Notes under the pieces: model-generated | Told to the model about the DNA's origin: nothing | Databases searched by the model: none | What the model saw: only the letters and a program-made list of their open reading frames with translations | Made by a program: the position numbers and the translations under genes | NCBI RefSeq assembly: GCF_964194155.1 | Contig: NC_135909.1 | Location: 2,356,001-2,420,000 of the forward strand | Length of the DNA stretch: 64,000 bases | Direction: 5' to 3' | DNA from: Cetorhinus maximus | Lineage: Eukaryota | Shown here: one piece after another, positions 26,484-38,815 of the stretch | Layout of the letters: every line of letters begins with the position of its first letter | How positions within the stretch are numbered: position 1 is the stretch's first letter

Positions 26484-27009
26484 TAAAAGATCCCACAGCC
26501 CCTGTGGAGCAAAGCTGGGTGTTCAATGTTCGGCTGTCGCGGGCCCATATTTAGTGCCAAACCAGGTGAGCCGGCCGGTTACCTTGCTGCTGCTTGCGTA
26601 GTCTTGCTGTGCGCACATTGAGGCTGCCCTCCAGTGTGATAACTCGCCGCCCGCCCACCGAGCAAAAGCAGGAATCTGGAGCCAGTCTTTCCTAAACGTA
26701 GGATTATTCACGTAACCCGCAGGCACAGACTCCCTTTTTTACCCCCAACCCCCAGTGAAAACCGGTTCTTATATATACTTCAGAATAATGCCTTAACCTC
26801 TCCCCCACTTAATAGCGGCCGCTCTCACTTACAACTCGAGCATGTTGTGTTGCTGTAACACGATTGCGACGTTAACATCCAGGGAGGAGGAGAAGGGACC
26901 CACTGCACTTTAATTGACTGGTCCTAAATAGAAGAGTCCACTGTAACTTTCGTACCCCATCAGGGACAGTGACAAACTAACAGACGGAAGAGCTCTGGCC
27001 CCTTGCGTT

Positions 27010-27920
27010 AGAATCATGGAAATTTACAGCACAAAAGGAGGCAATTCGGTCCATCATGTCCTCGCTGGCTGACAGCCAGCCTAATCCCGTTCTCCGGCTC
27101 TTGGTCCATAGCCTTGTAGATGACTGCCCCTCAAGTGCCTCTCCAAGTGTTTTTTAAATGTGAAGAGGGTTCCTGCCTCTATCACCCTTTCAGGCAGTGA
27201 GTCCCAGATCCCCCACCACCCTCTGGATGAAAACAGTTCCCTTCAGATCCTCTCTAAACCTACTACATTTTGCCCTAAATCTATATCCCCACCCTGGCTA
27301 ATGGACCTTCCTATCCGCTCCATCCAGACCCCTCATAACGTCCTTACACTCCAGCCTGTCCCTACCACAATGTCCTGGTGCGTCATAATATATTGACTCC
27401 CCACTACCCGCCTCTGTTGAGAAACCAGATTGAAAGAAAATACAGACCAATTCTTGGGTGGGGGGGGAGGTGGGAGGGCTTAAAAGTCTGGGGAGATTCC
27501 TCTCAGATTCCCAGCAAAGATCACTCCGGGCTCTCTTTAAAGTTGTAACCCAGAAACAAGGTGACCTCCACCACTGCCAGCTCGGTACAGTTGGAAATGA
27601 ATGGTGTGGGGAGAGGGCAAGGACAAGAGGACGGGAATTCGGAGCAGGAGTAGGCCATTCAGCCCCCCCACCCCCCGAGTCTACACCGCCATTCAATAAC
27701 ATGGCTGACCTGATTGTGGCCTCAATGCCACTTTCCTGCCTGTCCTCCCCGCCCCCCCAATAACCTTTGACTCCCGTGCCGATCAAAAATCAATCTAACT
27801 CAGCCTTGAATACATTCAATGACCCAGCCTCCTGCTGTCTGGGGGGAAGAGAATTCCCACAGACTAATGATCCTCTGAGAGAAAGAAATTCTCCGCATCT
27901 CCGTCTTAAATGGGAAACCC
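27010..27920 (-). mobile_element. Two degraded CR1 3'-end fragments (about 27010-27330 and 27620-27920)
   Basis: Reverse complement of CR1 3' sequence similar to 4300-4650 and 28700-29020. Confidence 0.6.
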
Positions 27921-28229
27921 CAAATTAATTCCAGACTCCCCTACGTTTTTGAATGACCAATATTTTTGCCTTTCTACCTGACTCCGGGGAACAACAAGGT
28001 GCAGATGGGCAAGGCTGTGCCCTGGAGGCACAGGGTGACGAGTTTATTAACAGATTGCATCCAGTGACAAGTCTGGGCTAGATTGGCAGCGAGCTTTCCA
28101 TTCTTAGCGAGCTTGGGAGTGATTAGTGCTTACGTCGCCTGGGTGCCCGGTCCCTTGCATGCTTGGCATGATACATCCATTACGTCGCGTGGGTGCCCCG
28201 GTCCCTTGCATGCTTGGCATGATGCGTCC

Positions 28230-29020
28230 AATCCCGGAACAAAACGTGGGAAAATGTGAACTTGTCCACTTTGGCCAGAAGAATTGAAAAGTAGTATACT
28301 ATTTAAACAGAGAGAGAGATTGCACACCTCAGTGGTAGAGAGTGGGCGTCCTGGCACACGGATCACAAAAAGTTAGCATGCAGGCACAACGAGCGATTAG
28401 GAAGGCAAGTGGAATGTTGTCTCTTATTGCAAGAATATACAAGTAGGGAAGTTTTACTGTAGCTGTACAGGGCCCTGGTGAGACCACATCTGGAGTACTG
28501 TGTACAGTTTTGATCTCCTTATCTGCGTTAGAAGCAGTTCAGAGAAGGTTCACTCACTCGTTCCTGGGATGAGGGGCCTATCTTTTGAGGACAGGTTGGA
28601 GAGGTTGGGCCTATACCTGTTGGAGTTTAGATCTTATTGCAACATATAAAATCCTGAGAGGACTTGACAGGGTGTAGGCTGAAAGGATGTTTCCCCTTGT
28701 GGGGGAGACCAGAACCAGGGGACACAGTTTAAGAATAAGAGGTCTACTGTTTAAGACAGAGACGAGGAGGATTTTTTTCTCTCAGAGGGTAGTTAGTCTG
28801 TGGGAATTCTCTTCCCCAGAGAGCAGTGGAGGCTGGGTCATTGAATATATTCAAGGGTGATTTAGGGAGATTTTTGATCCGACAAGGGAGTCAAGGGTCA
28901 TGGGGAGCAGACAGGAAAGTGGAGTTGAGGTCACAACCATATCAGCCACGATCTTATTGAATGGTGGAGCAGGCTCGAGGGGCCAAATGGCCTACTGCTG
29001 CTCCTGGTTCATACATTCCC
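28230..29020 (+). mobile_element. CR1 LINE 3' fragment
   Basis: Degenerate C-terminal ORF2 coding (LVRPHLEYCVQF-like) followed by a CR1 3' UTR. Confidence 0.7.
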
Positions 29021-29607
29021 ATGTCCAGGGTGGAAAACCAAGGCAACCCCCTCGGTCTCATCGTTTTACCACTTCTTGCGGAAAGAAACCTATTTGGATA
29101 GCGATCTGGCAACAGCCCAGAGACCCTCGCAGACCACAAATTACTTTTGTCACTGTGGGAAAGAGTTGCATTTCTATAGCGCCTATCACCACCTCAGGAC
29201 GCCCCAAAGCGCTTTCCAGCCAATGACGTGCTTTTGAAGCGCAGTGATGTAGGAAAAGCGGCAGCCAATGATCGCACAGCAAGCTCCCGCGAACAGCAAT
29301 GGGATAATGACTTATTTGTCTATTTTTGGTGATGTTGGTTGAAGGGGACATGTTGGCGCCAGGACATCGGGGAGAACTGCCTCACGGCTCTTTTTCAGCT
29401 TAGTGGCCATGGGACCTTGTAAACCAAGCTGAGAGGACAGACCTTTAAGTAGGGTCCTACGACAAGGAAGCACTCCCTCACTAATGCACTGGGAGTGCCA
29501 GCTTGGATCTGGTGATCAGTTTTCTGTTGGTACAGTAGGCATCATGTACACATGTTCCCACAGGCCAGCAACCCTGTTTTTAAGTGAAGTTGGCTGAGAG
29601 GTTCACA

Positions 29608-30230
29608 AACACACTGACTCTCACTGGGGTACGGGTCCCACACACGCTGATTCTCACTGGGGTACGGGTCCCACACACACTGACTCTCACTGGGGTACAG
29701 GTCCCACACACACTGACTCTCACTGGGGTACGGGTCCCACACACACTGACTCTCACTGGGGTACGGGTCCCACACACACTGACTCTCACTGGGGCATGGG
29801 TCCCACACACACTGACTCTCACTGGGGTACGGGTCCCACACACACTGACTCTCACTGGGGTACGGGTCCCTCACACACTGACTCTCACTGGGGTACGGGT
29901 CCCACACACGCTGATTCTCACTGGGGTACGGGTCCCACACACACTGACTCTCACTGGGGTACGGGTCCCACACACACTGACTCTCACTGGGGTACGGGTC
30001 CCTCACACACTGACTCTCACTGGTGTACGGGAGGCACACACACTGACTCTCACTGGGGTACGGGTCCCACACACACACTGACTCTCACTGGGGTACGGGT
30101 CCCACACACACTGACTCTCACTGGGGTACGGGTCCCACACACACTGACTCTCACTGGGGCACAGGTCCCACACACACACTGACTCCCACTGGGGTACGGG
30201 TCCCACACACACTGACTCTCACTGGGGTAG
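29608..30230 (+). repeat. 33-bp satellite (ACACTGACTCTCACTGGGGTACGGGTCCCACAC), about 19 copies, in the FAM89B intron
   Basis: Direct reading; it is the reverse complement of the array at 32808-34335. Confidence 0.95.
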
Positions 30231-30949
30231 GGGGGGCGACCAGATCGCAATAATGCACAAACAAATCTATACACGAATGTGTGAGACCAGCCTTAGGCCT
30301 GGAACCAAGATAAGCACAGTGAGTACTCTTGAAGAGCCTGTGCCAGTCCCGGCCTTGTGTGCGATTTGACCTCCCACTTTCTGACTGGTGCTGCGCCTGA
30401 ACGAGCTCCTTGTTTGTCTCTTTGGGATTCAGCAGCTTGTGGTGGAAGTAGGGAGTGTGGAGTTTGGAGCCCGGCAGACAAGAGGGCCTCCAGCCACAGC
30501 TGTTCCTGTTTACTCAGGCTGTGCTGGTATCCGTTTCACGGGGACATTTTGAATAACTTTTAACAGCCAGCTGCAGCAGGCATTGTTACTCTGAACAATG
30601 CCCCCATTCCACTCCCTCCTCTTCCTCTGAGCAAAACTGAGCAGGCTGCAGGGTTCTTTTATTCCTTACCCAGGGCAGCCCTCTCCCCCTCCTCCTCTCA
30701 GTACAGGAACTGCCTCGAGGGGCTGAACAGCCCTCCTCCTGTTCCCGTGCCGCTATAGGGACCGAGCCGCGATCCCGGGTTGCTACCCCTTACCACCCTT
30801 ACTCACTCTTTGCAAGCGGGTCCAGGCTGTGAACTATTCGACTGGGGCGGGGTGGGGGGGCGGCGGCGGTGGTGTGAACATCGCGTTGTCCTGTTCTGAG
30901 TTTAATCTGTGCTTTTAAATGGGTGGGGGTTTGACCGAGCAGGAATCCA

Positions 30950-31986
<1,037 letters not shown>

Positions 31987-32807
31987 AACATAATCCCCAT
32001 TCCGCTTTGTTTACAGCCTCCTGTTTAATTTTTTGTCGAAAAGAATATTAATTCCCGGGATTTGGGTATCATTGGCGAGGTCAAGGACGTATTCCCCATC
32101 CCCAAATTCCCCTTGAGCAGTTGGTGACTCTGGAGTCACACGTAGGCCAGACCGGGTAAGGATGGCAGATTTCCTTCCCTAAAGGACTTCGGTGAACCAG
32201 ATGGGTTTTTACAACAATCGATGATCGTTGTCATGGTCACCATTACTGAGACTAGCTTTCAACTCCAGATTTATTAATTGAATTTAATTTCCACCCGCCA
32301 CCATGGGTGGGTTTTGCACCCATGACATAAGCCTGGACCTCTGGGTTACTAGTTCAGTGACATTACCACTACACTGCCATCCATCTAGGGCAGGGGTGTA
32401 GTGAGTGGGGCCTCACCATCACGCCCCAGGCTGTGCAGAATCGCATCAGTGAGTGGGGAAAGAAGGGGGGGGGGGGAAGAAGTGAGAGGGAGGGATTGTG
32501 AATCTGGGAGGAGCGAGGGGGGAAAGTGGGCGAAAGGTTCTGGAGAGGGATCTGGACACTTTCGGACCTTATCCCCATGATTTATTGCATGTTTCTAGTC
32601 GGACGTGGTTTTATATACCATGTGCACTCTGCATTTTGACTGAGAAGCAACAAGCTGCTTCGGGCCTCCTGCTTTGCACAATCTTCTGCTCGGGAACTTT
32701 TAACCAAAGATTGTTTTTCTATTCTTGTGCTCTCCTACGTCGTCGTTTTTTTTCGTATCCATGGTTTTGCCAAAAAAGTGAACTTTCCTGCACTGGGAAT
32801 CATACAC

Positions 32808-34335
32808 CATACCCCAGTGAGAGTCAGTGTGTGTGGGAATCGTACCCCAGTGAGAGTCAGTGTGTGTGGGACCCGTACTCCAGTGAGATTCAGTGTGTGT
32901 GGGACCCGTACCCCAGTGAGAGTCAGTGTGTGTGGGACCCGTACCCCAGTGAGAGTCAGTGTGTGTGGGACCCGTAACCCAGTGAGAGTCAGTGTGTGTG
33001 GAACCCGTACCCCAGTGAGAGTCAGTGTGTGTGGGACCCGTACTCCAGTGAGATTCAGTGTGTGTGGGACCCGTACCCCAGTGAGAGTCAGTGTGTGTGG
33101 GACCCGTAACCCAGTGAGAGTCAGTGTGTGTGGGACCCGTACCCCAGTGTGAATCAGTGTATGTGGGACCCGTACCCCAGTGTGAATCAGTGTGTGTGGG
33201 ACCCGTAACCCAGTGAGAGTCAGTGTGTGTGGGACCCGTACCCCAGTGTGAATCAGTGTATGTGGGACCCGTAACCCAGTGAGAGTCAGTGTGTGGGGGA
33301 CCCGTACCCCAGTGAGAGTCAGTGTGTGTGGGACCCGTACCCCAGTGTGAATCAGTGTATGTGGGACCCGTACCCCAGTGTGAATCAGTGTATGTGGGAC
33401 CCGTAACCCAGTGAGAGTCAGTGTGTGTGGGACCCGTACCCCAGTGTGAATCAGTGTGTGTGGGACCCGTACCCCAGTGAGAGTCAGTGTGTGTGGGACC
33501 CGTACCCCAGTGTGAATCAGTGTGTGTGGGACCCGTAACCCAGTGAGAGTCAGTGTGTGTGGGACCCATAACCCAGTGTGAGTCAGTGTGTGTGGGACCT
33601 GTAACCCAGTGTGAATTAGTGTGTGTGGGACCCGTAACCCAGTGAGAGTCAGTGTGTGTGGGACCCGTAACCCAGTGTGAATCAGTGTGTGTGGGACCCG
33701 TAACCCAGTGAGAGTCAGTGTGTGTGGGACCCGTAACCCAGTGAGAGTCAGTGTGTGTGGGACCCGTACCCCAGTGAGATTCAGGATATGTGGAACCCAT
33801 AGCCCAGCGAGAGTCAGTGTGTGTGGGAGCCATACCCCAGTGAGAGTCAGTGTGTGTGGGACCCGTACCCCAGTGAGAGTCAGTGTGTGTGGGACCCATA
33901 CCCCAGTGAGAGTCAGTGTGTGTGGGACCCGTACCCCAGTGAGAGTCAGTGTGTGTGGGACCCGTACCCCAGTGAGAGTCAGTGTGTGTGGGACCCGTAC
34001 CCCAGTGAGAGTCAGTGTGTGTGGGACCCGTACCCCAGTGAGAGTCAGTGTGTGTGGGACCCGTACCCCAGTGAGAGTCAGTGTGTGTGGGACCCGTACC
34101 CCAGTGAGAGTCAGTGTGTGTGGGACCCGTACCCCAGTGAGAGTCAGTGTGTGTGGGACCCGTACCCCAGTGAGAGTCAGTGTGTGTGGGACCCGTACCC
34201 CAGTGAGAGTCAGTGTGTGTGGGACCCGTACCCCAGTGAGAGTCAGTGTGTGTGGGACCCGTACCCCAGTGAGAGTCAGTGTGTGTGGGACCCGTACCCC
34301 AGTGAGAGTCAGTGTGTGGGGGACCCATACCCCAG
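32808..34335 (-). repeat. 33-bp satellite, inverted relative to 29608-30230, about 46 copies, in the probable FAM89B 3' UTR
   Basis: GTGTGTGGGACCCGTACCCCAGTGAGAGTCAGT units. Confidence 0.95.
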
Positions 34336-34624
34336 TTATCTGATCCAGGATTTTGTCTTGTTTTGCTCCTGCAGTCTGCAATGTTATTTGCTGACAATGA
34401 AAACGAGATGATCATTTTCTCAAACAACACTTGGTTAGATGTTGAATAGCATGTTGAAAGACAGGAGTTTTTAATATATATTTGAGACAAATTAATCTGA
34501 ATCCCTGTTTTTCTAGTTTTGTAGTCATTTTAAGTTATATACCATATTATTTTATCACACTACTGCTATAATCACTTATTTACAAATAGATCTTTTTTAA
34601 ATAATATTTCAAATGTGCAGTTTG

Positions 34625-34630
34625 AATAAA
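34625..34630 (+). terminator. Candidate polyadenylation signal of FAM89B
   Basis: AATAAA at the end of an AU-rich tract (34440-34620), followed by a GU/U-rich downstream element. Confidence 0.6.
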
Positions 34631-34719
34631 ATGAGTTTTGCTACCCTGTGTTTTTTGTCTCTGCTTTCTGCTGGCTAATCTTTTTGTGTATTTCCGTATT
34701 CAGAATGGGCCATTTTCCA

Positions 34720-35335
34720 CTTTGTGTCCCCATCAAACACTCCCAGGGCAGGTACAGCACGGGGTCAGATACAGAGTAAAGCCCCCTCTACACTGTCCCC
34801 ATCAAACACTCCCAGGACAGGTACAGCACGGGGTCAGATACAGAGTAAAGCTCTGTCTGCACTGTCCCCATCAAACACTCCCAGGGCAGGTACAGCACGG
34901 GGTTAGATACAGAGTAAAGCTCCCTCTACACTTGTCCCCATCAAACACTCCCAGGACAGGTACAGCACGGGGTTAGATACAGAGTAAAGCTCCCTCTACA
35001 CTGTCCCCATCAAACACTCCCAGGGCAGGTACAGCACGGGGTTAGACACAGAGTAAATGTCCCTCTACACCGTCCCCATCAAACACTCCCAGGACAGGTA
35101 CAGCACGGGGTTAGATACAGAGTAAAGCTCCCTCTACACTGTCCCCATCAAACACTCCCAGGACAGGTACAGCACGGGATTAGACACAGAGTAAAGCTCC
35201 CTCTACACCGTCCCCATCAAACACTCCCAGGACAGGTGCAGCACGGGGTTAGATACAGAGTAAAGCTCCCTCTACACTGTCCCCATCAAACACTCCCAGG
35301 GCAGGTACAGCACGGGGTTAGACACAGAGTAAAGG
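34720..35335 (-). repeat. 69-bp satellite, inverted copy of 22650-23185, about 9 copies
   Basis: CCCCATCAAACACTCCCAGG.CAGGTACAGCACGGGGTTAGATACAGAGTAAAGCTCC units. Confidence 0.95.
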
Positions 35336-36349
35336 GTCATGGAATTCAATAGTGATTTTCAAAAGGGGAATTGGATAAATACTTGAAAAGGAGAAATCTT
35401 CAGGACTATGTGGGAAAGAAAAGGGGGGGCAGTGGGTCCCATTGGATCACTCTTTCAGAGAGGCTAGATAAACCAAACGGCCTCCCTTAGTGCTCTATGA
35501 TTCTGGATTCACCAATAAATTGTATGGGGCTCTTCTGCCCCTTGAGCCTGCCACACAGGAAAAGGGGACAGAGTTCCAGGATCCCATCCCCATTGTGTGA
35601 AGAAGTGTTTCCTTCCGTCACCCCTGAACAGCCTGGCTCGAATTGTAAGGCTACTGTGTATCAGAGGAAGCAGCTTATATCACTATTGTGTCCATCAGCT
35701 TCTCAAACCCAGCTGGTCCCTTGAGGCCAGTGTTTAGCATGTTCACTGCTGGGGAAATGATCCAAAAAAGACATTTTCTCAGACCAGGGAATCAGGAAAT
35801 GGGTTACGCGTTGCAGAATTCTCAGCTTCTGACCTGTTCTTGTAGCCACAGCACTTATACGGCTAGTCCAATTAAGTTTCTGGTTAACTGTAACCACCAC
35901 CACAACACCCCCCCCCGCCAACGCCAGGATTTTAATAGTGGGGGATTCAGCGATGGTAATGCTGTTGAACATCAAGTGGAGAGGTTAAGAAAAGATATAG
36001 TGAGTCTCATGTGCAACTTGTCTTGGGACCTTACCCAATCTTCATCTGTGCAGGCTAGTCAAGGGAATGGGGGGCTTGAATTGCACTGGGCAAGTCAGCG
36101 GCAGCCTCCTGCAGGTAGATAATAGCTTTAACCCAAGTGGCACCAAGCAGCGAGGGAACATTCCCATGGGGTGTCACTTCTGCTGCGCTGCAGCTGAGAA
36201 GGGGGAAAGAAAAAAGGTCTGCATTTCTGTAGCACCTTTCATGACACCAAAACACTTACAGCGCTTTTGAAATGTCACTGTTGTAATGCAGGAAACCCTG
36301 CAGCCTGCTCACGCACAGCAAGATCCCGCCAACAGCAACGGGAGCATGT

Positions 36350-37165
36350 CAGCCGTAGCTCAGTCGGTAGCACACGTGCCTCAGAGTCAGACGGTTCCTG
36401 GTTCGAGTCCCAACCCGGGACTTGAGTGTAAAATAAGTACGTGGGGGCTGGAGAGGGTAGATACCAGGAAGGTGTCCCCACTTGTGGGATAGACTAGAAC
36501 CAGGAGACAACAGCTTCGGAATAAGAGATTTGCCATTTAAGGCAGAGATGAGGAGAAATTTCCTCTCTCAAGAGGGCCATTAGTATGTGAAATTGTCCTC
36601 CCCAGAGAGCAGTGGAGGCTGGGCCATTGAGTTGGATAGATTCCTGATAGACAGGGGAGTCAAGGGTTAGGGAGGGCAGACAGCAACGCGGAGTTGAGGC
36701 CACAACCAGATTAGCCATGATCCTATTGAATGGTGGAGCAGACTCAGAGAGCTAAATGGCCTACTCTTGTTCCTAGTCCTATGTTCCAGGGCAGTACTGA
36801 AGGGGTGCTCCGCTGTCAGAGGTGCCACCTTTCAGGTGAGACGTTAAACCCAAGTCCAGTCTGCCTGCTTGGATAGATGGACGTACGTACCAGATCGCGC
36901 GGCACTATTTCGGAGAGGAGGTGAGGAATCCTCCCCCAGTGCCCTGGTCAATAGTTATCCCTCAATCAACCTCACAGGACAAAAAGGCAGCAGGTTATCT
37001 GGTCATTATCGCACTGCTTTTTGTGGGAGTTGGCCGAGTGCAAATTGGCTGCTGCTGTCCCTACATTACAGCAACAATTAGACTTTACAAAATACTTCCA
37101 CTGGATGTAAAGCGCTTTAAGGTGTCTGGATGGTTGTGAAACGCGCTATATAAATGAGTCTTTAT
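36350..37165 (+). mobile_element. tRNA-headed DeuSINE-like element interrupted by a CR1 3' fragment (about 36455-36790)
   Basis: A-box TAGCTCAGTCGG and B-box GGTTCGAGTCCC; the SINE body resumes near 36790 and ends ...GCGCTATATAAATG. Confidence 0.65.
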
Positions 37166-38815
37166 TCTTCTGCCACCCTCATCCCAGCCTCTCCCCACGC
37201 CCCCCACAACCACTCTGCAATTTGCTGACCATCGCTTTACATTTCTACCTTTCCTCAGTTCTGATAAAAGATCACGGACCCAAAACGCTGACTCCCGTTT
37301 CTCCCTCCACCGGTGCTGCCCGACCCTGCCGAGTACTTCCCAGCATCTTCCGGCCTTGCGCCGTTAAAGCTAATCTCGGCTCAGAAAGTGCAATTTGGTT
37401 CGAGTTGTCTGGCCAGTGGCTCCTGCAGATTGCAAAACGCGTCAACTTTGGGTTGTAGGTCAACATCTAAAAAAATGCGACAGCCTCGTGTTGGAATATT
37501 ATTTAATAAATTTTAAAAATATATATACACACAGCCGCAACCCCCCCCAACCCCTCCCCTCCCCCAACAAACATTCAAAGACACGGTTCAAACAAATTGA
37601 ATCTGATGCCATTTTACAAGAACAGGAGCATTATACCAGGTGATACGGAATTAACTGTTCTATGGGTAAAGTGGCAACACATCAGCTAAAGCCCGAAAGT
37701 CTAACGTCATTGAGTAAACCCAGACTCGGGTCAGTCAGAGTTCAATTGCAGGCTGGAACGGGCCCGATCAGATTCCGGTCGTAGCCGTCGACTGCAGCTC
37801 ATTTCGAAAGGGCCAGGGCGGCCTCTGGCCAACGGCAAGATCCTTGCGAGCGAGCGCACGCGGCGCTTTCGATGTGGACGCCGCGGAGTCACAGCGCCCG
37901 GGCTTGAGTTCGCTGGAACGGACGGGGAGGAATCGAGCGCGTCATTCTTGGCTTCCTCGAACTTTCAGACGGTTAACTTCCGAGCTCAAAATTATGCAGG
38001 GGGGCCAACTAACCAGTGGAAAGCAATGGGAATTTTGTACAGTCGAGCTTGGTAGACACGGCCAATAGCATTTAATTTAATTCGATGAGCGCTTTTGTTT
38101 TTATATAAATTTGGGCTTATTATTTCTGCATCCAAAAAAAGGGGACTTTATGTTAAGCTGATAGTCGCTGGCAATTAAGTGTATAAGAATACTCCTTCCT
38201 TAGAGGTAAGCATTGTAATGTTTAATTAATTTCACCAAGCTTTTGTTGAATAATTGAGATGCCATTGGTCTGGTGTTTTAAGGGCACCGTGTAAATCTGA
38301 TCTCGTTGTGGGTAGAATTAGCTGCGACAGCCAAGGGTCAGGCGGGCAAGCTCAAAAGGCAGACCAGAGTTTGAGATCGAGCTAAACTGCACGACGAAAC
38401 GGCGGGGGGTGAAGGGAAAATAGTTCACTGGGGGGGGGGGGACCACTGGAGAAGGTGCGGACGGGGGAGCTGTGTGCACAGGAGTGGCGCTTGCCGTCAC
38501 GGGGGTTTTTGGCACGTGTGGCAGTGCCTTTCCCCGTTAAGCTCGTGGCACAGGGGCCTTGACAGCGACGGGTGTCGTGCTGCACGAAACAGAGACAGCA
38601 AGAGAAAGGAGCGAGGAAATAAGACAGAGAGGCGCGCGGATGTTACTGAAATGAAGTGGGGACAGGGTGGTTGAAAACAAATCTACATTTCTAACCAGGG
38701 TCAGTCCTCGTGTCGTATGTCAACGTTAGCATATCTGGGTGTGACAAAGTGACGGCAGAAACTCCAACACGTAACTCCGGAAAGAAGTGTTGGGCACCGC
38801 TAATGAGGGTTAGTT

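Noticed and set aside
32700-34490. 596-aa and 548-aa ORFs (THTDSHWGTGP repeats)
   Set aside because: 33-bp satellite also present inverted at 29608-30230; the length is a multiple of 3 by chance and there is no gene context.
36350-36420. tRNA-like sequence with A and B boxes
   Set aside because: No proper acceptor stem, and it continues into a SINE body, so it is a SINE head.
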